Positions 1 to 11,846 of a DNA stretch of 24,000 nt are shown here, piece after piece; the first letter of the stretch is position 1; every line of letters begins with the position of its first letter. A program made the position numbers and the translations under genes. This stretch comes from Clostridiales bacterium Firm_18. GTDB taxonomy: Bacteria; Bacillota; Clostridia; Monoglobales; Firm-18. The DNA lies in assembly GCA_001604215.1 (NCBI GenBank), contig LVAX01000072.1, forward strand, positions 62,913-86,912, read 5' to 3'. The notes beneath the pieces were generated by a model, which ran no database searches, was not told where the DNA came from, and saw only the letters and a list, made by a program, of their open reading frames with translations.

Positions 1-3000
1 GAAAGCTATGTAATTTGTTGCGCGGCAGCCGCCTCCTGTTTGCGAAATAATTATAGAGGTGCTGTCAGGGGGATATTTGCCCGACAGCAGGGCATTTATC
101 AGCTGCCCCGTTACAATTATGGAAGGGTAACAGGCATCGTTGTTAACATATTTTAAGCCCGTCTCAACATCTTCGGGCGTTACCTTATCGAGAAGCACCG
201 TGTTGTATCCGTTGGCATGGAAAGCACTTTCAAGCAGCGTGAAATGCAGAGGGCTCATTTGTGGGAAAATTATCGTATGGGTGTTTTTCATATCCTTTGT
301 AAATACTTTTCGCACAAGCCGGTAGCTTTTTGTTTGCTTTGAGGCAAAGCCGTACTCGGCGCGCGTATTAATAGCCGCGATAAGCGAGCGAATCCTGACC
401 CTTGCGGTTCCAAGGCTTGATATTTCGTCAATTTTAAGCACGGTATAAAGCTTCCCGCATGACGATAGTATTTCATGAACCTGGTCCGTTGTAACCGCAT
501 CAAGACCGCAGCCGAAGGAATTGAGCTGGACAAGCTCCAAATCCGGGCTGTGTGTTACATATTCCGCAGCCTGATAAAGCCTTGTATGATAGGTCCATTG
601 GTCAACCACCCTGATTGGCCGATTAAGCCTTCCGAGATGCGAAATGCTGTCCTCCGTCATGACTGCGAATCCGAGTGAATTTATCATGTGCGCCAGCCCG
701 TGGTTTATTTCCGGATCCACATGGTAAGGCCTTCCTGCCAGAACAATTGCTTTTTTATTGTTTGCTTTAAGCCATGAGAGGGTTTCCTCACCTTTCCTGC
801 GTATATCGTTTTTGTACCGCTCAAATTCCGCAAATGCCGCCCTTGAAGCTCTTTTAATTTCGTTTCGGGTTATGCCGAATCGCTTTAGGGTTATGTACAT
901 TTGGCGGTCAAAGGCTTTTTTATCTTCAAGCGTCAGGAAAGGCCGGAGCAGTGTTACTCCGTTTTCCCTTAATTGGTCTATGTTGTTGAATATAACATCC
1001 GGGTAAGAGGTTACTATAGGACAGTTATAATGGTTTTGTGCTTCGTGGTATTCCTTTTGTTCATACGGGACGCAAGGATAAAAAATTACTTTAATACCCT
1101 TGTCGATAAGGTCGACAATATGCCCGTGAGCCAACTTCGCAGGATAACATACGCTTTCACTCGGTATTGTATCCATTCCTTTTTTGTATAGCTTGCTGTT
1201 GCTTCTTACGGATATATGTACAGAAAATCCGAGCTCGGTAAAAAAGGTAAACCAAAGCGGGTAGTTTTCATACATGTTAAGTACCCGCGGAATGCCTATT
1301 ATGCCGCGCTTTGCTATGTCGGGATGAAGAGGCTTGTAGTCAAACAGCCTCCTGTATTTATAATCATATAAATTCGGCAGCGGCGATGTATTTGCTTTTA
1401 ATGCGCCGCTTCCTTTATCGCAGCGGTTGCCGGAAATAAAGCTTTTTCCGTTGGCAAAAACGGAAACCGTCAGCCGGCAGTTGTTGAAGCATTGCTTGCA
1501 GTGGGTATGCCTGGTAGTGGTGTTGAAGGAGTCAAGTTCGCTTGAATGTATCATTTCACATGCATCTTTTTTATTTATATGGCGTTCCTTTGCAATCAAA
1601 GCCGCACCGAAAGCGCCCATAATGCCCGCAATATCGGGGCGTATTGCATTTTTCCCTGTCAGCAGCTCAAAGCAGCGAAGCACCGAATCGTTGTTGAAGG
1701 TCCCTCCCTGCACAACTACCCTGTCGCCGATATAAGAAACATCCCTTAGCTTTATGACCTTGTAGAGAGCATTCCTTATTACGGAATAAGAAAGCCCGGC
1801 GCTTATATCCCCTATGGTTGCGCCTTCTTTTTGCGCCTGTTTGACGCGTGAATTCATAAATACCGTACAGCGTGTCCCCAAATCCACCGGCTCGGAGGCA
1901 AACAACGCTTCGTCGGCAAAACGTGAAGATTTCATCCCAAGCGACTGGGCGAAAGTTTGTATAAACGACCCGCAGCCGGATGAGCAAGCCTCGTTAAGCA
2001 TTATATCCTGTATAAAACCGTTTTTTATTTTCATGCATTTCATGTCCTGGCCGCCGATATCAATAATAAAATCCACCCCGGGACAGAAAAATTCCGCAGC
2101 CTTGTAATGCGCGATTGTTTCTATTTCGCCTTCGGGTATGTTAAAGGCGGCTTTTATAAGCTCTTCGCCATAGCCGGTGGCGCAGGCGTTAGCAATATAT
2201 GCGTTTTCCGGCAGCTGTGAATATAACTCTTTTAAGATTTTTATGCCGCACCCCAGGGGATTTCCTTCGTTGAATAAATATCGGGAAAATAAAAGCTTGC
2301 CTTCCTTGTCGATGAGCGCGGCTTTTATTGTGGTGGAGCCAACGTCAATGCCAAAGAAAAGCTCTCCCTGTGCCGATGACAGCTCGCCTTTTTCAACGGC
2401 GTTTTTATTATGGCGCTGTTTAAATTCTTTATATTCGTCCTCGTTTTTAAACAAAGGCCTGATACGCGGTATTTCCGTCTGAACGGCACCCGCGTTTTTT
2501 ATTTTGTCCGCAAGGCCTGAAAGAGACAGCGGATTTCCGCCCGACATTTCCGCCGCTCCGATTGCAACGAAAAGCTGGGAATTGTCCGGGTGAATGAAAC
2601 TGTTTTCACTTTCGCAAAGCGTTTCTTCAAATTGCTTGCGCAGCTGGGGCAAAAAATGCAAAGGTCCGCCTAAAAAAACTATCTTTCCTTTGATTTTGCG
2701 CCCTTGCGCCAAGCCGCTTATGGTTTGCGTAACAACGGATTGGAATATCGATGCGGCAATGTCTTCTTTAGGAACCCCTTCGTTAAGCAGGGGCTGGACG
2801 TCGGATTTTGCGAAAACGCCGCATCGGGCGGCAATAGGATATAATGTGGTATGGCGCGCTGCAAGCTCGTTAAGTCCAATTGCGTCCGTTTTAAGGAGGG
2901 AAGCCATCTGGTCGATAAAAGCGCCCGTTCCGCCCGCACATGTGCCGTTCATTCTTTGTTCAATGCCGGTAGAAAAATAAAGTATTTTTGCATCCTCTCC

Positions 3001-3312
3001 GCCAAGTTCTATTACAACATCCGCGTCGGGTACAAATACCTTAACCGCTGCTTTGGTGGCGATAACTTCCTGTACAAAAGGGATACCGAGAGCTCCGGCC
3101 AAAAGGAGGCCGCCCGAGCCTGTTATGGAAGGAGTTACATTAATATCCGGGTACTTTTCGGCCGCCGAGCGCAGGAGGTTGTTCACTGTCATTTTTATAT
3201 CCGAAAAATGGCGGGTGTAATTGCTGTATATAATATTATGCTCATCATCAGTTATAACAATCTTTACGGTTGTCGAACCTACATCTATTCCAAGACGATA
3301 AAGGCTATCCAA
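1..3312 (-). CDS. Large multidomain acyl-CoA dehydratase activase-related protein (BadF/BadG/BcrA/BcrD ATPase family, two ATPase modules plus DUF2229-like region); C-terminus beyond the window edge
   Basis: Own minus-strand translation from TTG at 3312 with SD GGGAGG: MDSLYRLGIDVGSTTVKIVITDDEHNIIYSNYTRHFSDIKM... then FLGGPLHFLPQLRKQF; second ATPase module 'FFGIDVGSTTIKAALIDKEGKLLFSRYLFNEGNP...IIDIGGQDMKCMKIKNGFIQDIMLNEACSSGCGSFIQTFAQSLG'; later '...KKAIVLAGRPYHVDPEINHGLAHMINSLGFAVMTEDSI'. No in-frame stop was found down to position 1. Absent from the supplied ORF track because it is truncated. Confidence 0.9.
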   Translation of the reverse strand, partial: MDSLYRLGIDVGSTTVKIVITDDEHNIIYSNYTRHFSDIKMTVNNLLRSAAEKYPDINVTPSITGSGGLLLAGALGIPFVQEVIATKAAVKVFVPDADVVIELGGEDAKILYFSTGIEQRMNGTCAGGTGAFIDQMASLLKTDAIGLNELAARHTTLYPIAARCGVFAKSDVQPLLNEGVPKEDIAASIFQSVVTQTISGLAQGRKIKGKIVFLGGPLHFLPQLRKQFEETLCESENSFIHPDNSQLFVAIGAAEMSGGNPLSLSGLADKIKNAGAVQTEIPRIRPLFKNEDEYKEFKQRHNKNAVEKGELSSAQGELFFGIDVGSTTIKAALIDKEGKLLFSRYLFNEGNPLGCGIKILKELYSQLPENAYIANACATGYGEELIKAAFNIPEGEIETIAHYKAAEFFCPGVDFIIDIGGQDMKCMKIKNGFIQDIMLNEACSSGCGSFIQTFAQSLGMKSSRFADEALFASEPVDLGTRCTVFMNSRVKQAQKEGATIGDISAGLSYSVIRNALYKVIKLRDVSYIGDRVVVQGGTFNNDSVLRCFELLTGKNAIRPDIAGIMGAFGAALIAKERHINKKDACEMIHSSELDSFNTTTRHTHCKQCFNNCRLTVSVFANGKSFISGNRCDKGSGALKANTSPLPNLYDYKYRRLFDYKPLHPDIAKRGIIGIPRVLNMYENYPLWFTFFTELGFSVHISVRSNSKLYKKGMDTIPSESVCYPAKLAHGHIVDLIDKGIKVIFYPCVPYEQKEYHEAQNHYNCPIVTSYPDVIFNNIDQLRENGVTLLRPFLTLEDKKAFDRQMYITLKRFGITRNEIKRASRAAFAEFERYKNDIRRKGEETLSWLKANNKKAIVLAGRPYHVDPEINHGLAHMINSLGFAVMTEDSISHLGRLNRPIRVVDQWTYHTRLYQAAEYVTHSPDLELVQLNSFGCGLDAVTTDQVHEILSSCGKLYTVLKIDEISSLGTARVRIRSLIAAINTRAEYGFASKQTKSYRLVRKVFTKDMKNTHTIIFPQMSPLHFTLLESAFHANGYNTVLLDKVTPEDVETGLKYVNNDACYPSIIVTGQLINALLSGKYPPDSTSIIISQTGGGCRATNYIAF

Positions 3313-3342
3313 GAGTATTCCTCCCAAAATGATTATGCAATT

Positions 3343-3378
3343 GTATTTAATTATACTATTTTTATTATTTATTGGCAA
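3343..3378 (-). promoter_or_regulatory. Sigma-A type promoter for the activase-like gene: TTGCCA-17-TATAAT
   Basis: Plus strand TGGCAA (3373-3378) and ATTATA (3350-3355), spacer 17 nt, reading toward the TTG start at 3312. Confidence 0.65.
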
Positions 3379-3443
3379 GCTTTATTACTTAAAATGTTTA
3401 TTGCATAGAAATGTTAAAAAATGTATTGATATTTATTGCTTAA

Positions 3444-5911
<2,468 letters not shown>

Positions 5912-5952
5912 TTTTACTATATTAAAAAAATACTACTTTTGTGTAACAATTA

Positions 5953-5981
5953 TTGATAATAGCCTGTCTTGGTGTTAAAAT
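5953..5981 (+). promoter_or_regulatory. Putative promoter TTGATA-17-TAAAAT upstream of the 6011 ORF
   Basis: Motif and 17-nt spacing seen directly; hexamers are imperfect. Confidence 0.4.
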
Positions 5982-6010
5982 AATATTATAGAATATAACA
6001 CGGGAAAGAT

Positions 6011-8065
6011 GTGTTGCGCATGAAAAGCAAAGTTATATCTTTGGTGCTTGCTGCCATTTTCTTTTTAACGGTTTTTGCGCATGCGAAAACCGATGATATC
6101 GCCTCTGTTGCTTTGTCCGTCAAAAAGAAGCTTGATATACCCTCCAACTACACCGATTTTCACAGCGAATTGGAGCAAAATGAAAAAGGCAGGCTGATTC
6201 GTCTGTCCTGGAGCGGAGATACCGCCGGAAACGAAAGAGGAGGCCGCATTGAGGCAATAGTTGACGAATTGGGAAGGATTATATATTATAACCATTATGA
6301 ATACGGAAATTATGAGGGCGACTATAAGCTGTCCGGCATAGATTATAACGCAGCGGTTAAAATAGCGGAAAAATTTTTAGTAAAAGTTTGTCCCGAATTT
6401 GCCTTAAGTTTAAAGCCGCTGCATGTCGAAAATTACATAGAAAGAAACTACAACAATTACATGGTTCGTTTTGTTAGATATGAAAATGACGTTCCGTTTT
6501 ATAACAATTATGCTATTGTTGCAATTAATGCGCATAATGAAAAGACCTCGGAGCTGATGGTGGAATGGGATGACATAGATAAATTCCCTCGGCCTGTCGG
6601 GGTTTTGCCCGTTTCCAAAGCGAAAGAGCGTTTTAAAGAAAAAATCGGAATAAGGATTGCATATTACAATAATAATCAAAATTCGGTATCATTGTTATAC
6701 GGTGTCCGCGAAGCTGGGAGGGAATATATAAACGCTTTTACGGGCGATGTTACCGATACCAATATTATTGCAGGCAGGTTTGCGGCTGTTTACTCCGAAT
6801 ACGAAAAAAGTATCAGCCATGCCCAAAGGTTTGAAGCGGCAGCAATGCCGGACGGCTTAATGCCCCCGGCGCAGGCGGCGGATGCGGTCAGGCGATTTTT
6901 GCAAGCGGAAGGCGAGCTGCCTTTAAGCAGTATCAGCCGGACGGCGGACACAGAGGGCAACTATTATTATAATATCGGGCTTTTAAATAAAGGTGTTAAA
7001 TCAAATATTGAAATAAACGCGAAAACAGCCGAAATAACAGGATACTATAAAGATGAAGAATACAGCGAGCTTGGAATTATAAGCGAAGATAAAGCTTGTG
7101 ATATTGCCGCCCAGTTTGCAAAAAGAGCGGCCTTAGATAAGTTTAATTCATGCTTTGAAGCTGAAAGAAGAAAAGTCCGGTCGCAGTTTGGCGGTTATAA
7201 TTATCGTTTTGTGTTCTGGAGAAATGTCAAGGGTTTGCAATACAAAGACAACGGTATTTTGATAGACGTATGCGCCGCAACCGGTGAAGTATTAATGTAT
7301 TCGTGCAATTGGGAAGAAAGGGATTTTCCCTCCGAAGCCAATGTTATATCTGCGGGAAGCGCTTATGACGAACTGTTTGACAAGGCGGGATTTGAGCTTA
7401 TGTATGTGCCTGTCAGCCGTTCAAAGCTTAAAATACCGGCATCCGCAAGAGATGCTGAAGTCAGGCTTGTTTACAGCTTCAGACAAGGGAAGCCCCTTTA
7501 TGTAAATGCGTCAACAGGCGGGCTGTGTTACTCCGATTCAACGCCTTACAGCGACAGTATCGGCGGGGCATATGAGGATATAAAAGGGCACCCTTCGGAA
7601 AAATTCATAAAAATATTGCTTGGTGCCAAAATTTTTGAGCAGTCGGAGTTTTTCCGCCCCGATGACAATATAACGCAGGCCGATTATTTAAAATGGATAT
7701 ACCGTGCGGTAAGAAAATATTCGCCGGATACCGAGACACTGTATGGCACCATGTATTATCTGAATGTTTTAAATGAAGGCGAGCGGTCCGATAATGGAAG
7801 CATTGTGTTTGAAGATGCTGTTAAATTCATTATTCGCCTGCTTGGTTATACCGATGTGGCTGAGCTTAGCGATACATATAAAACCGGATTTATTGACGAA
7901 GGCATGATAACGCCCGGTTTGGTTGGTTATGCGGCAATTGCCCAAGGCCTGGGGATAGTAAAAGGCAATGCATTTTTGCCGAAAAGATATGTAACGAGGG
8001 CAACGGCGGCGGAAATAATTTATAACGTGCTGACAAGCGAGCAAAACGGAAAGGCGGAGAAATAA
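6011..8065 (+). CDS. Secreted YcdB/YcdC (PepSY-like) repeat protein with C-terminal S-layer homology-like domains
   Basis: Signal peptide MLRMKSKVISLVLAAIFFLTVFAHA; repeated '...A..IAEKFL.KV.PE' / 'GEVLMYSCNWEER' type PepSY-like segments; C-terminal 'AYEDIKGHPSEKFIKILLGAKIFEQSEFFRPDDNITQADYLKWIYRAV...RYVTRATAAEIIYNVL' resembles SLH domains. GTG start at 6011 or ATG at 6020. Confidence 0.75.
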   Translation: MLRMKSKVISLVLAAIFFLTVFAHAKTDDIASVALSVKKKLDIPSNYTDFHSELEQNEKGRLIRLSWSGDTAGNERGGRIEAIVDELGRIIYYNHYEYGNYEGDYKLSGIDYNAAVKIAEKFLVKVCPEFALSLKPLHVENYIERNYNNYMVRFVRYENDVPFYNNYAIVAINAHNEKTSELMVEWDDIDKFPRPVGVLPVSKAKERFKEKIGIRIAYYNNNQNSVSLLYGVREAGREYINAFTGDVTDTNIIAGRFAAVYSEYEKSISHAQRFEAAAMPDGLMPPAQAADAVRRFLQAEGELPLSSISRTADTEGNYYYNIGLLNKGVKSNIEINAKTAEITGYYKDEEYSELGIISEDKACDIAAQFAKRAALDKFNSCFEAERRKVRSQFGGYNYRFVFWRNVKGLQYKDNGILIDVCAATGEVLMYSCNWEERDFPSEANVISAGSAYDELFDKAGFELMYVPVSRSKLKIPASARDAEVRLVYSFRQGKPLYVNASTGGLCYSDSTPYSDSIGGAYEDIKGHPSEKFIKILLGAKIFEQSEFFRPDDNITQADYLKWIYRAVRKYSPDTETLYGTMYYLNVLNEGERSDNGSIVFEDAVKFIIRLLGYTDVAELSDTYKTGFIDEGMITPGLVGYAAIAQGLGIVKGNAFLPKRYVTRATAAEIIYNVLTSEQNGKAEK

Positions 8066-9508
8066 TTGTTTAAAAACCTTACACTTCTTGCGGATTTTTA
8101 TGAATTCACGATGGCAAACGGGTATTTTGAGCAGGGAATAGGCGAAGAAATAGCTTACTTTGACATGTACTTCAGAAAAATACCCGATGGCGGCGGTTTT
8201 GCCGTTTTTGCCGGGCTTGATCAAGTGATAGATTATCTTAACAACCTTAAGTTCACAGACTCGGATATTGAATTCCTGCGGTCGAAAAAATGCTTTGGGG
8301 AAGGTTTTTTACAATATCTGAAGAACTTTAAATTTGAATGTGACGTATGGGCGGCGGAGGAGGGCACTCCTGTTTTTCCGAACGAGCCCCTTGTGATTGT
8401 TCGCGGCCCGGTTATCCAGGCCCAGCTTATAGAAACGATGCTTTTGCTGACAATAAACCACCAATCCCTTATCGCAACAAAGGCAAACAGGATTGTACGT
8501 GCCGCCCAAGGGAAAGCGGTGCTGGAGTTTGGTTCGCGCCGGGCACATGGCAGCGACGGTGCCGTTTACGGCGCCCGCGCCGCATATATAGGCGGCTGCA
8601 ATGGAACGGCGTGTACAATAGCCGATAAACAATTCGGCATACCCGCGGCAGGAACAATGGCACATAGCTGGGTTCAGCTATTCCCCGACGAATATTCCGC
8701 GTTTTGCGCTTATGCCCGTGTGTTTCCCGATGATTGCGTACTTTTGGTTGATACCTATAATGTTTTAAAATCGGGAATTCCGAACGCGATAAAGGTTCAT
8801 AACGATATATTAAAACCCCTCGGAAAACGCCTTAAAGGGATAAGGATTGACAGCGGCGATATAACATATTTGTCAAAAAAAGCGCGAAAAATGCTCGACG
8901 ATGCGGGAATGAGCGATTGCAATATTATTGCCACAAATTCGCTGGATGAATATATTATAAGGGAAATGCTTATCCAAGGGGCATGCGTTGACGTTTTCGG
9001 GGTAGGCGAGCGTCTTATAACTTCACGTTCGGAGCCTGTTTTCGGCGGGGTCTATAAACTTGCCGCAATAGAAAAGGGAAACGAAATCATCCCCAAAATA
9101 AAGCTGTCCGAAAATGTATCTAAAATTACAACCCCCGGCTTTAAAAATTTGTTTCGCCTTTTCGGGGAGGACAACCGCGCAATAGCCGACGTTATTACCT
9201 TACACGATGAAATAATAGACAGCTTGTCACCGTATACAATATTTCATCCTGAACACACATGGAAAAAACGTGTTTTGAAAAGCTTTACCGCCGTGCCGCT
9301 TTTGAAAAAAGTTTTTGATAAGGGAAAATGTATCTATGATTCCCCGCCTTTGTATGAAATACAAAAAGGCTGCCAAAACAAAATCGACAGCCTTTGGGAT
9401 GAGGTTAAGCGTTTTGAAAATCCGCATGAGTATTATGTGGATTTATCAAAGCCGCTTTGGGATATGAAACAGCGGCTTTTAAACGAATACCAAACTATTT
9501 CAAATTAA
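8066..9508 (+). CDS. pncB: Nicotinate phosphoribosyltransferase
   Basis: 480-aa ORF: 'LTLLADFYEFTMANGYFEQGI', 'EGTPVFPNEPLVIVRGPVIQAQLIETMLL', 'FGSRRAHGSDGAVYGARAAYIGGCNGTA', 'RIDSGDITYLSKKAR'. TTG start directly follows the upstream TAA. Confidence 0.93.
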   Translation: MFKNLTLLADFYEFTMANGYFEQGIGEEIAYFDMYFRKIPDGGGFAVFAGLDQVIDYLNNLKFTDSDIEFLRSKKCFGEGFLQYLKNFKFECDVWAAEEGTPVFPNEPLVIVRGPVIQAQLIETMLLLTINHQSLIATKANRIVRAAQGKAVLEFGSRRAHGSDGAVYGARAAYIGGCNGTACTIADKQFGIPAAGTMAHSWVQLFPDEYSAFCAYARVFPDDCVLLVDTYNVLKSGIPNAIKVHNDILKPLGKRLKGIRIDSGDITYLSKKARKMLDDAGMSDCNIIATNSLDEYIIREMLIQGACVDVFGVGERLITSRSEPVFGGVYKLAAIEKGNEIIPKIKLSENVSKITTPGFKNLFRLFGEDNRAIADVITLHDEIIDSLSPYTIFHPEHTWKKRVLKSFTAVPLLKKVFDKGKCIYDSPPLYEIQKGCQNKIDSLWDEVKRFENPHEYYVDLSKPLWDMKQRLLNEYQTISN

Positions 9509-10784
9509 ATACTTTATTGATTTTTTCAATTTCGTCATCGCTTATTTTAACAATATTCCCCAATTGTTTTGCCGCAATTATGGCCTTTGCGCTGTATTCG
9601 GCAACCTCTAAACGGTCAAACGCGTTTATTAAGGAAGTGCCCGCAACAATAACACAGTCGTTTTCAACCAATACAACGGGGGAAGAAAGGCTGATTTCGT
9701 CTGCCGTCATTTTCGGTTGCATAAAGCTTGAGCCGAACGGCAGTTTTTTTACATCACGAAGCATTATATAGCTTTCGGGAATTATCCTTGAATCAAATTT
9801 TGCGTCACATACGGAAAAAGCCATAATATTCGGCGGATGGGCGATAATAACGGAATTAATATCCGGGTTTTTCTCGTATATGTATTTATGCAAAAGAACG
9901 GAGCGGCTCGGGTTTTTGCCCTGTTCTTTTTTTTCGTTTTCTATCCTTACTATATCCTCAGGACGCATATACTTCCTGTCAACACCGTACGGAGTTATTA
10001 TAAACGCACCGTCACTGAGTCGCATTGAAAAAGTTCCTTGGGTGCTTGTAAAAAGCTCCTGATGGTAAGAACGGGAAATAAGCGCGCTCATTTGCGAGCG
10101 TGCGCCCCTTTCTTCGCTGGAGTATTTATCGGCGGTAAACTCTTCAAGGCAGGCATTGTTTTTTTTGCGTGAAATTTCAATTTTCTCTTCATTCAGCGGC
10201 TTTGGCTTATCGAGCATCCGGGCGTTTATTTCAAGCCTTGCGCAAAAATCAAGTGTTTCGAATGCCATAAATGCGCTGAATATGTCGGTGTGCCCGACAA
10301 CTACTCCGTGGTTTTCAAGCATAACGGTTCTGACACCCGTATCAAACACCTTTGCTATTGCTAAGCCAAGTTCGGCGCTGCCGGGAACATCATAATCCGC
10401 CATTTTTACCTCGCCGCAAATGATATCCGCATTGGGGATCAGCATTGTATCAGGAATTTTTCTCACTATGCTGAAACTAAGCAAGGCAGGCGGATGTGCA
10501 TGCAAAACAGCTTTTATATCCGGCCTTCTTTTGTAAAGGATACTGTGAAAGGGCCATTCGCTTGACGGCCTGTGCTGGCCTGTGATTTCTCCGCTTTGTG
10601 ATACCCTGACAATATCCTCACGGGTCAGCGAGCCCTTATCAACACCGGCCGGAGTAATCCAGATATCGCCGTTATCATCAAGTACCGAAAGGTTTCCTCC
10701 CGACGTCGTAGTCATTTTGTAGCCGTAAATCCTTTCCATTACGGTGACAAGCTGATCGGCGGGGTGCATTAAATCAAATCTCAT
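9495..10784 (-). CDS. Tandem class II aldolase/adducin-family protein (two fused domains)
   Basis: N-domain has 'TTTSGGNLSVLDDNGDIWITPAGVDKG', 'VLHAHPPALLSFS', 'MLENHGVVVGH'; C-domain has 'TSTQGTFSMRLSDGAFIITPYGVDRKYM', 'VIIAHPPNIMAFS', 'LVENDCVIVAG'. SD GGGAGG before the ATG. Confidence 0.85.
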   Translation of the reverse strand: MRFDLMHPADQLVTVMERIYGYKMTTTSGGNLSVLDDNGDIWITPAGVDKGSLTREDIVRVSQSGEITGQHRPSSEWPFHSILYKRRPDIKAVLHAHPPALLSFSIVRKIPDTMLIPNADIICGEVKMADYDVPGSAELGLAIAKVFDTGVRTVMLENHGVVVGHTDIFSAFMAFETLDFCARLEINARMLDKPKPLNEEKIEISRKKNNACLEEFTADKYSSEERGARSQMSALISRSYHQELFTSTQGTFSMRLSDGAFIITPYGVDRKYMRPEDIVRIENEKKEQGKNPSRSVLLHKYIYEKNPDINSVIIAHPPNIMAFSVCDAKFDSRIIPESYIMLRDVKKLPFGSSFMQPKMTADEISLSSPVVLVENDCVIVAGTSLINAFDRLEVAEYSAKAIIAAKQLGNIVKISDDEIEKINKVFNLK

Positions 10785-10853
10785 ATGTAATTCCTCCCAG
10801 ATATTATTGTATTATATTTTAAACCCGGTTGTCAATAGGGTAGATAGTATTTG

Positions 10854-11807
10854 TCATAATTTTATGGTTGATGAATCTATTATTTCAAAGTTGCTTTTTT
10901 TAAGTTTATCTGTCAAATCAAAAAGTGCATTGTCCTTTTCTTTGGCTTCGAGCATTATATCAAAATCCAAATCTACCTCTTTTGCTATTTTTAAAAAAGA
11001 GATGAAGTCGCCCTCGTCTATATAATCGGCGTGACTGCGAAGATTTTTTTGACTTTTGGGAGATGAAAAATGTATTTTGGGTATATCACCGTTCCATGTT
11101 TCAAAAGCAGCATGCAAAAGCCTTGCGTCAGTCTGCCCGCCGGTGCATCTTTCATGGTGTACGTCAAGCACCATGGGTATCTTAAGCTCGGAGCATATTG
11201 CCAAAACGTCCTTTGCACAAAATGATTTATCGTCATTTTCCAATGCAATGTGTTTTTGAATATCACAGGGCAGCTTTGAAAAGTTATCCGCAAACCGTTT
11301 GACAGATAACGCCTTTGTGGTGTACAGTCCTCCGACATGCAGTATCAAGGAGTAATTTTTACACTCAAGATTTGCGGCTTTGAATATTTTCGAATGATAA
11401 ATTAAATCATCCATTGATTTTGCAAAAACTTCTTTGTTAGGTGTGTTAATTACCGTAAAATGGTCCGGATGGGCGCTTATCCGGAAGTTATTTTCAACAA
11501 CGCATGCTCCAAGCTGCCTAAATTCGTCCTGTAATTCGCCTTCCCAATCCCAATCGGCTCCGGGATATGTTGCAAGCGGGATAAGCTTTGAGGTAAGACG
11601 ATATACGTGTATATTGTACGCTTGGTTGTAGCGTAATATCCGCAGGGTGTTTATTAGGTTTTGCTTTGCTTTTTTATAAAGCCGTGCTTTTTTGCCTTCC
11701 TCGGTGAGACTGTTGTATGTTTTTGCCGTGACGGTATTTGATGGGGAGCAGTCTTTGAGGTTTTTTGTCATTGCCACATATCCGAGCCTTATAATCAAAA
11801 TTATCAC
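10854..11807 (-). CDS. uvsE: UV damage endonuclease UvsE/UvdE family
   Basis: 317-aa ORF with 'IRLGYVAM', 'NLINTLRILRYNQAYNIHVYRLTSKLIPLATYP', 'RISAHPDHFTVINTP', 'LILHVGG', 'IALENDDKSFCAKDVLAICSELKIPMVLDVHHERC', 'KIHFSSPK', 'DIMLEAKEKDNAL'. Start is GTG at 11807. Confidence 0.93.
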   Translation of the reverse strand: MIILIIRLGYVAMTKNLKDCSPSNTVTAKTYNSLTEEGKKARLYKKAKQNLINTLRILRYNQAYNIHVYRLTSKLIPLATYPGADWDWEGELQDEFRQLGACVVENNFRISAHPDHFTVINTPNKEVFAKSMDDLIYHSKIFKAANLECKNYSLILHVGGLYTTKALSVKRFADNFSKLPCDIQKHIALENDDKSFCAKDVLAICSELKIPMVLDVHHERCTGGQTDARLLHAAFETWNGDIPKIHFSSPKSQKNLRSHADYIDEGDFISFLKIAKEVDLDFDIMLEAKEKDNALFDLTDKLKKSNFEIIDSSTIKL

Positions 11808-11846
11808 CCTGAAAGATATTATATCCCAATTATCCTTTGCATACGC

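Noticed and set aside
2594-3408. Several mid-sized ORFs in the track (e.g. 2594-2980 +, 2851-3408 +, 1667-1987 -)
   Set aside because: They are shadows of, or frame alternatives within, the long minus-strand activase gene, have no recognisable protein features, and 2851-3408 reads antisense through that gene's start and promoter.
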